DNA of 64,000 nt from Candidatus Eremiobacteria bacterium (lineage in GTDB: Bacteria; Vulcanimicrobiota; Vulcanimicrobiia; Vulcanimicrobiales; Vulcanimicrobiaceae): contig CAVTRC010000001.1 of assembly GCA_963737065.1 (NCBI GenBank), forward strand, positions 864,001 to 928,000. Direction: 5' to 3'. Each line of letters begins with the position of its first letter. Position 1 is the first letter of the stretch. The notes beneath the pieces are model-generated. The model was not told the DNA's origin and made no database searches. It saw only the letters and a list, made by a program, of their open reading frames with translations. Positions 62,713 through 64,000 of the stretch are shown piece after piece. The translations under genes were made by a program, and so were the position numbers.

Positions 62713-62879
62713 CGAAGGGCGCTAACATTCGGCGCGAGCGGCGTGCGGACTCCTTTGCCGTGAAGCCGCCGGTCGACGTACCCGTCGAGAGTTCGAATCC
62801 CGCTAACGTGCTGACGCGCGGAACCATCTCAAGGTGCCAATGAAGTGACCGCGCCAGCATGCCGGTGCGCGGATCGCGG

Positions 62880-64000
62880 TTAAACGCGGGCCGGGCGCGC
62901 GGGAACCACATCGAGACGCGTCGCGCGCGCTTTACGATCGGTCGGCTTGCCGATCATTTGCACCTCTCGCAATTCGCCGGCCGGCATTTCGACCCGCACC
63001 GTATGACCGCGAAACTCGACGAGCACGTTGCGGTCCCGGTCGAGCATGTTGCATACGAAGATGCGGACGGCTCCCGCTTCATCTTCGAAGGCAATCGCGC
63101 CGACGTCAACGGGCGACATCATCACTTCATCGCTGACGTCTCGCCCGGCAAAGATGCACGTGTACGGCTCTTCAGCAGAGAGCTGCGGCATGTCGCCGTA
63201 AATGACGTCGCGCTTGAAATCAATCACGTAGGTACAACGACGGCCGCCCCAGTGCACGCGGGCCGCGGCCATCCATTGCCAGTTATGCGGACGCAACGGA
63301 ACGAGATGCGGACGTCCGCTCGTGCGGTATCCGTCGAGGCCGCCAATCGTTTCGGCAACAGCCCACAAGTACTTTGCGCCGGTCCACGGTGAAAGGTACA
63401 TGCCGCGATTCGACAGCGAACCACCGTCAAACCATTCACCAAATTCGCCGGGCACGGTGTTGCGCGGACTACCGGTCTCCATCGCATCGTAGACGACATT
63501 GAGAAACCGGACGCACTCATCGACGAAACCGTTACGCGCGAGCGTGAGCGCAAACCACAACGTCAGGTCCGGCCAAATACCTCCCAGCAAACCAAAGCCA
63601 TACGACGGAAAATACCACGCGTCCGCCGTCGAAATGGTCCGCAGCCCTACCGGCGTGACGAAATCGGCCTCGAGCAGGCGCTTGAGAATCGCCTTGCGCT
63701 GTTCCGGGTTGGCAACATTGAAGAGTACCGGAAACACTTCATCGGCCGTGAAGTTGTCTTGATAGTTTTTGTTTTGATCGTAGTTGAGGACGAACGCGCC
63801 CGTGTCATCGTTGAAGAGATAAGTCATCATCGCGCCGCGCAGCGACTGCGCTTCGAACGAGTATTTTTCCCAATGCTCGGTGTCGCCGGCGACCGCGCAG
63901 AGCATTGCAGCGGCCTCGAGCGCAAATACGCCTTCCGCACAGATCTCCGTTACGGCGCCGTCGAGCGTGTAGTACGGAATGATGTTACGCCACGATGAAA
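62880..64000 (-). CDS. Six-hairpin glycosidase-like protein (amylo-alpha-1,6-glucosidase/GH-like), 5'-truncated by the window
   Basis: Frame open to the window edge; GLRTIS, GGIWP and GEWFD patterns typical of (alpha/alpha)6 GH C-termini. Confidence 0.7.
   Translation of the reverse strand, partial: SSWRNIIPYYTLDGAVTEICAEGVFALEAAAMLCAVAGDTEHWEKYSFEAQSLRGAMMTYLFNDDTGAFVLNYDQNKNYQDNFTADEVFPVLFNVANPEQRKAILKRLLEADFVTPVGLRTISTADAWYFPSYGFGLLGGIWPDLTLWFALTLARNGFVDECVRFLNVVYDAMETGSPRNTVPGEFGEWFDGGSLSNRGMYLSPWTGAKYLWAVAETIGGLDGYRTSGRPHLVPLRPHNWQWMAAARVHWGGRRCTYVIDFKRDVIYGDMPQLSAEEPYTCIFAGRDVSDEVMMSPVDVGAIAFEDEAGAVRIFVCNMLDRDRNVLVEFRGHTVRVEMPAGELREVQMIGKPTDRKARATRLDVVPARPARV

Noticed and set aside
62786..62805. 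GTTCGAATCC tRNA T-loop-like motif
   Set aside because: No proper T-stem, cloverleaf or CCA end around it

Overview
GC-rich bacterial chromosomal window, densely coding, with about 55 genes. I found no rRNA, tRNA, CRISPR array, integrase or transposase. The organism has an outer membrane (TolC, AcrB-type RND, putative beta-barrel) but Terrabacteria-like housekeeping genes and gene order (pdxST, Lys/Arg decarboxylase...tmk-holB, dnaK-grpE-dnaJ, YknWXYZ-like exporter). I tentatively infer Eremiobacterota/WPS-2 or a relative; this is unverified. Content in order: Yip1-TolC-MFP-2x permease-ATPase exporter, htrA, Vgb-like propeller lipoprotein, dnaK-grpE-dnaJ-like, ABC exporter, pirin, scoAB and acyl-CoA dehydrogenase, a Lys-rich secreted protein, nth, TPR-ATP-grasp protein, a frameshift-dense block (MFS, two S9 peptidases, mutY; probably assembly errors), MocR regulator, STAND ATPase, lpdA-[inverted-repeat element]-lipB-lipA, RND pump, barrel plus GDSL lipoprotein, gdh, ychF, mtnP, holB-tmk, secreted HD protein, AAA-R3H, decarboxylase, FAD monooxygenase, HNH, pdxST and a partial glycoside hydrolase. 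The most interesting candidates are the ~190 bp nested inverted-repeat element, the barrel/lipoprotein pair, the Asr-like protein, the TPR-ATP-grasp enzyme, the effector-less STAND protein and a pseudoknot-capable leader upstream of the AAA-R3H gene. All calls come from motif reading only; no database searches were run.
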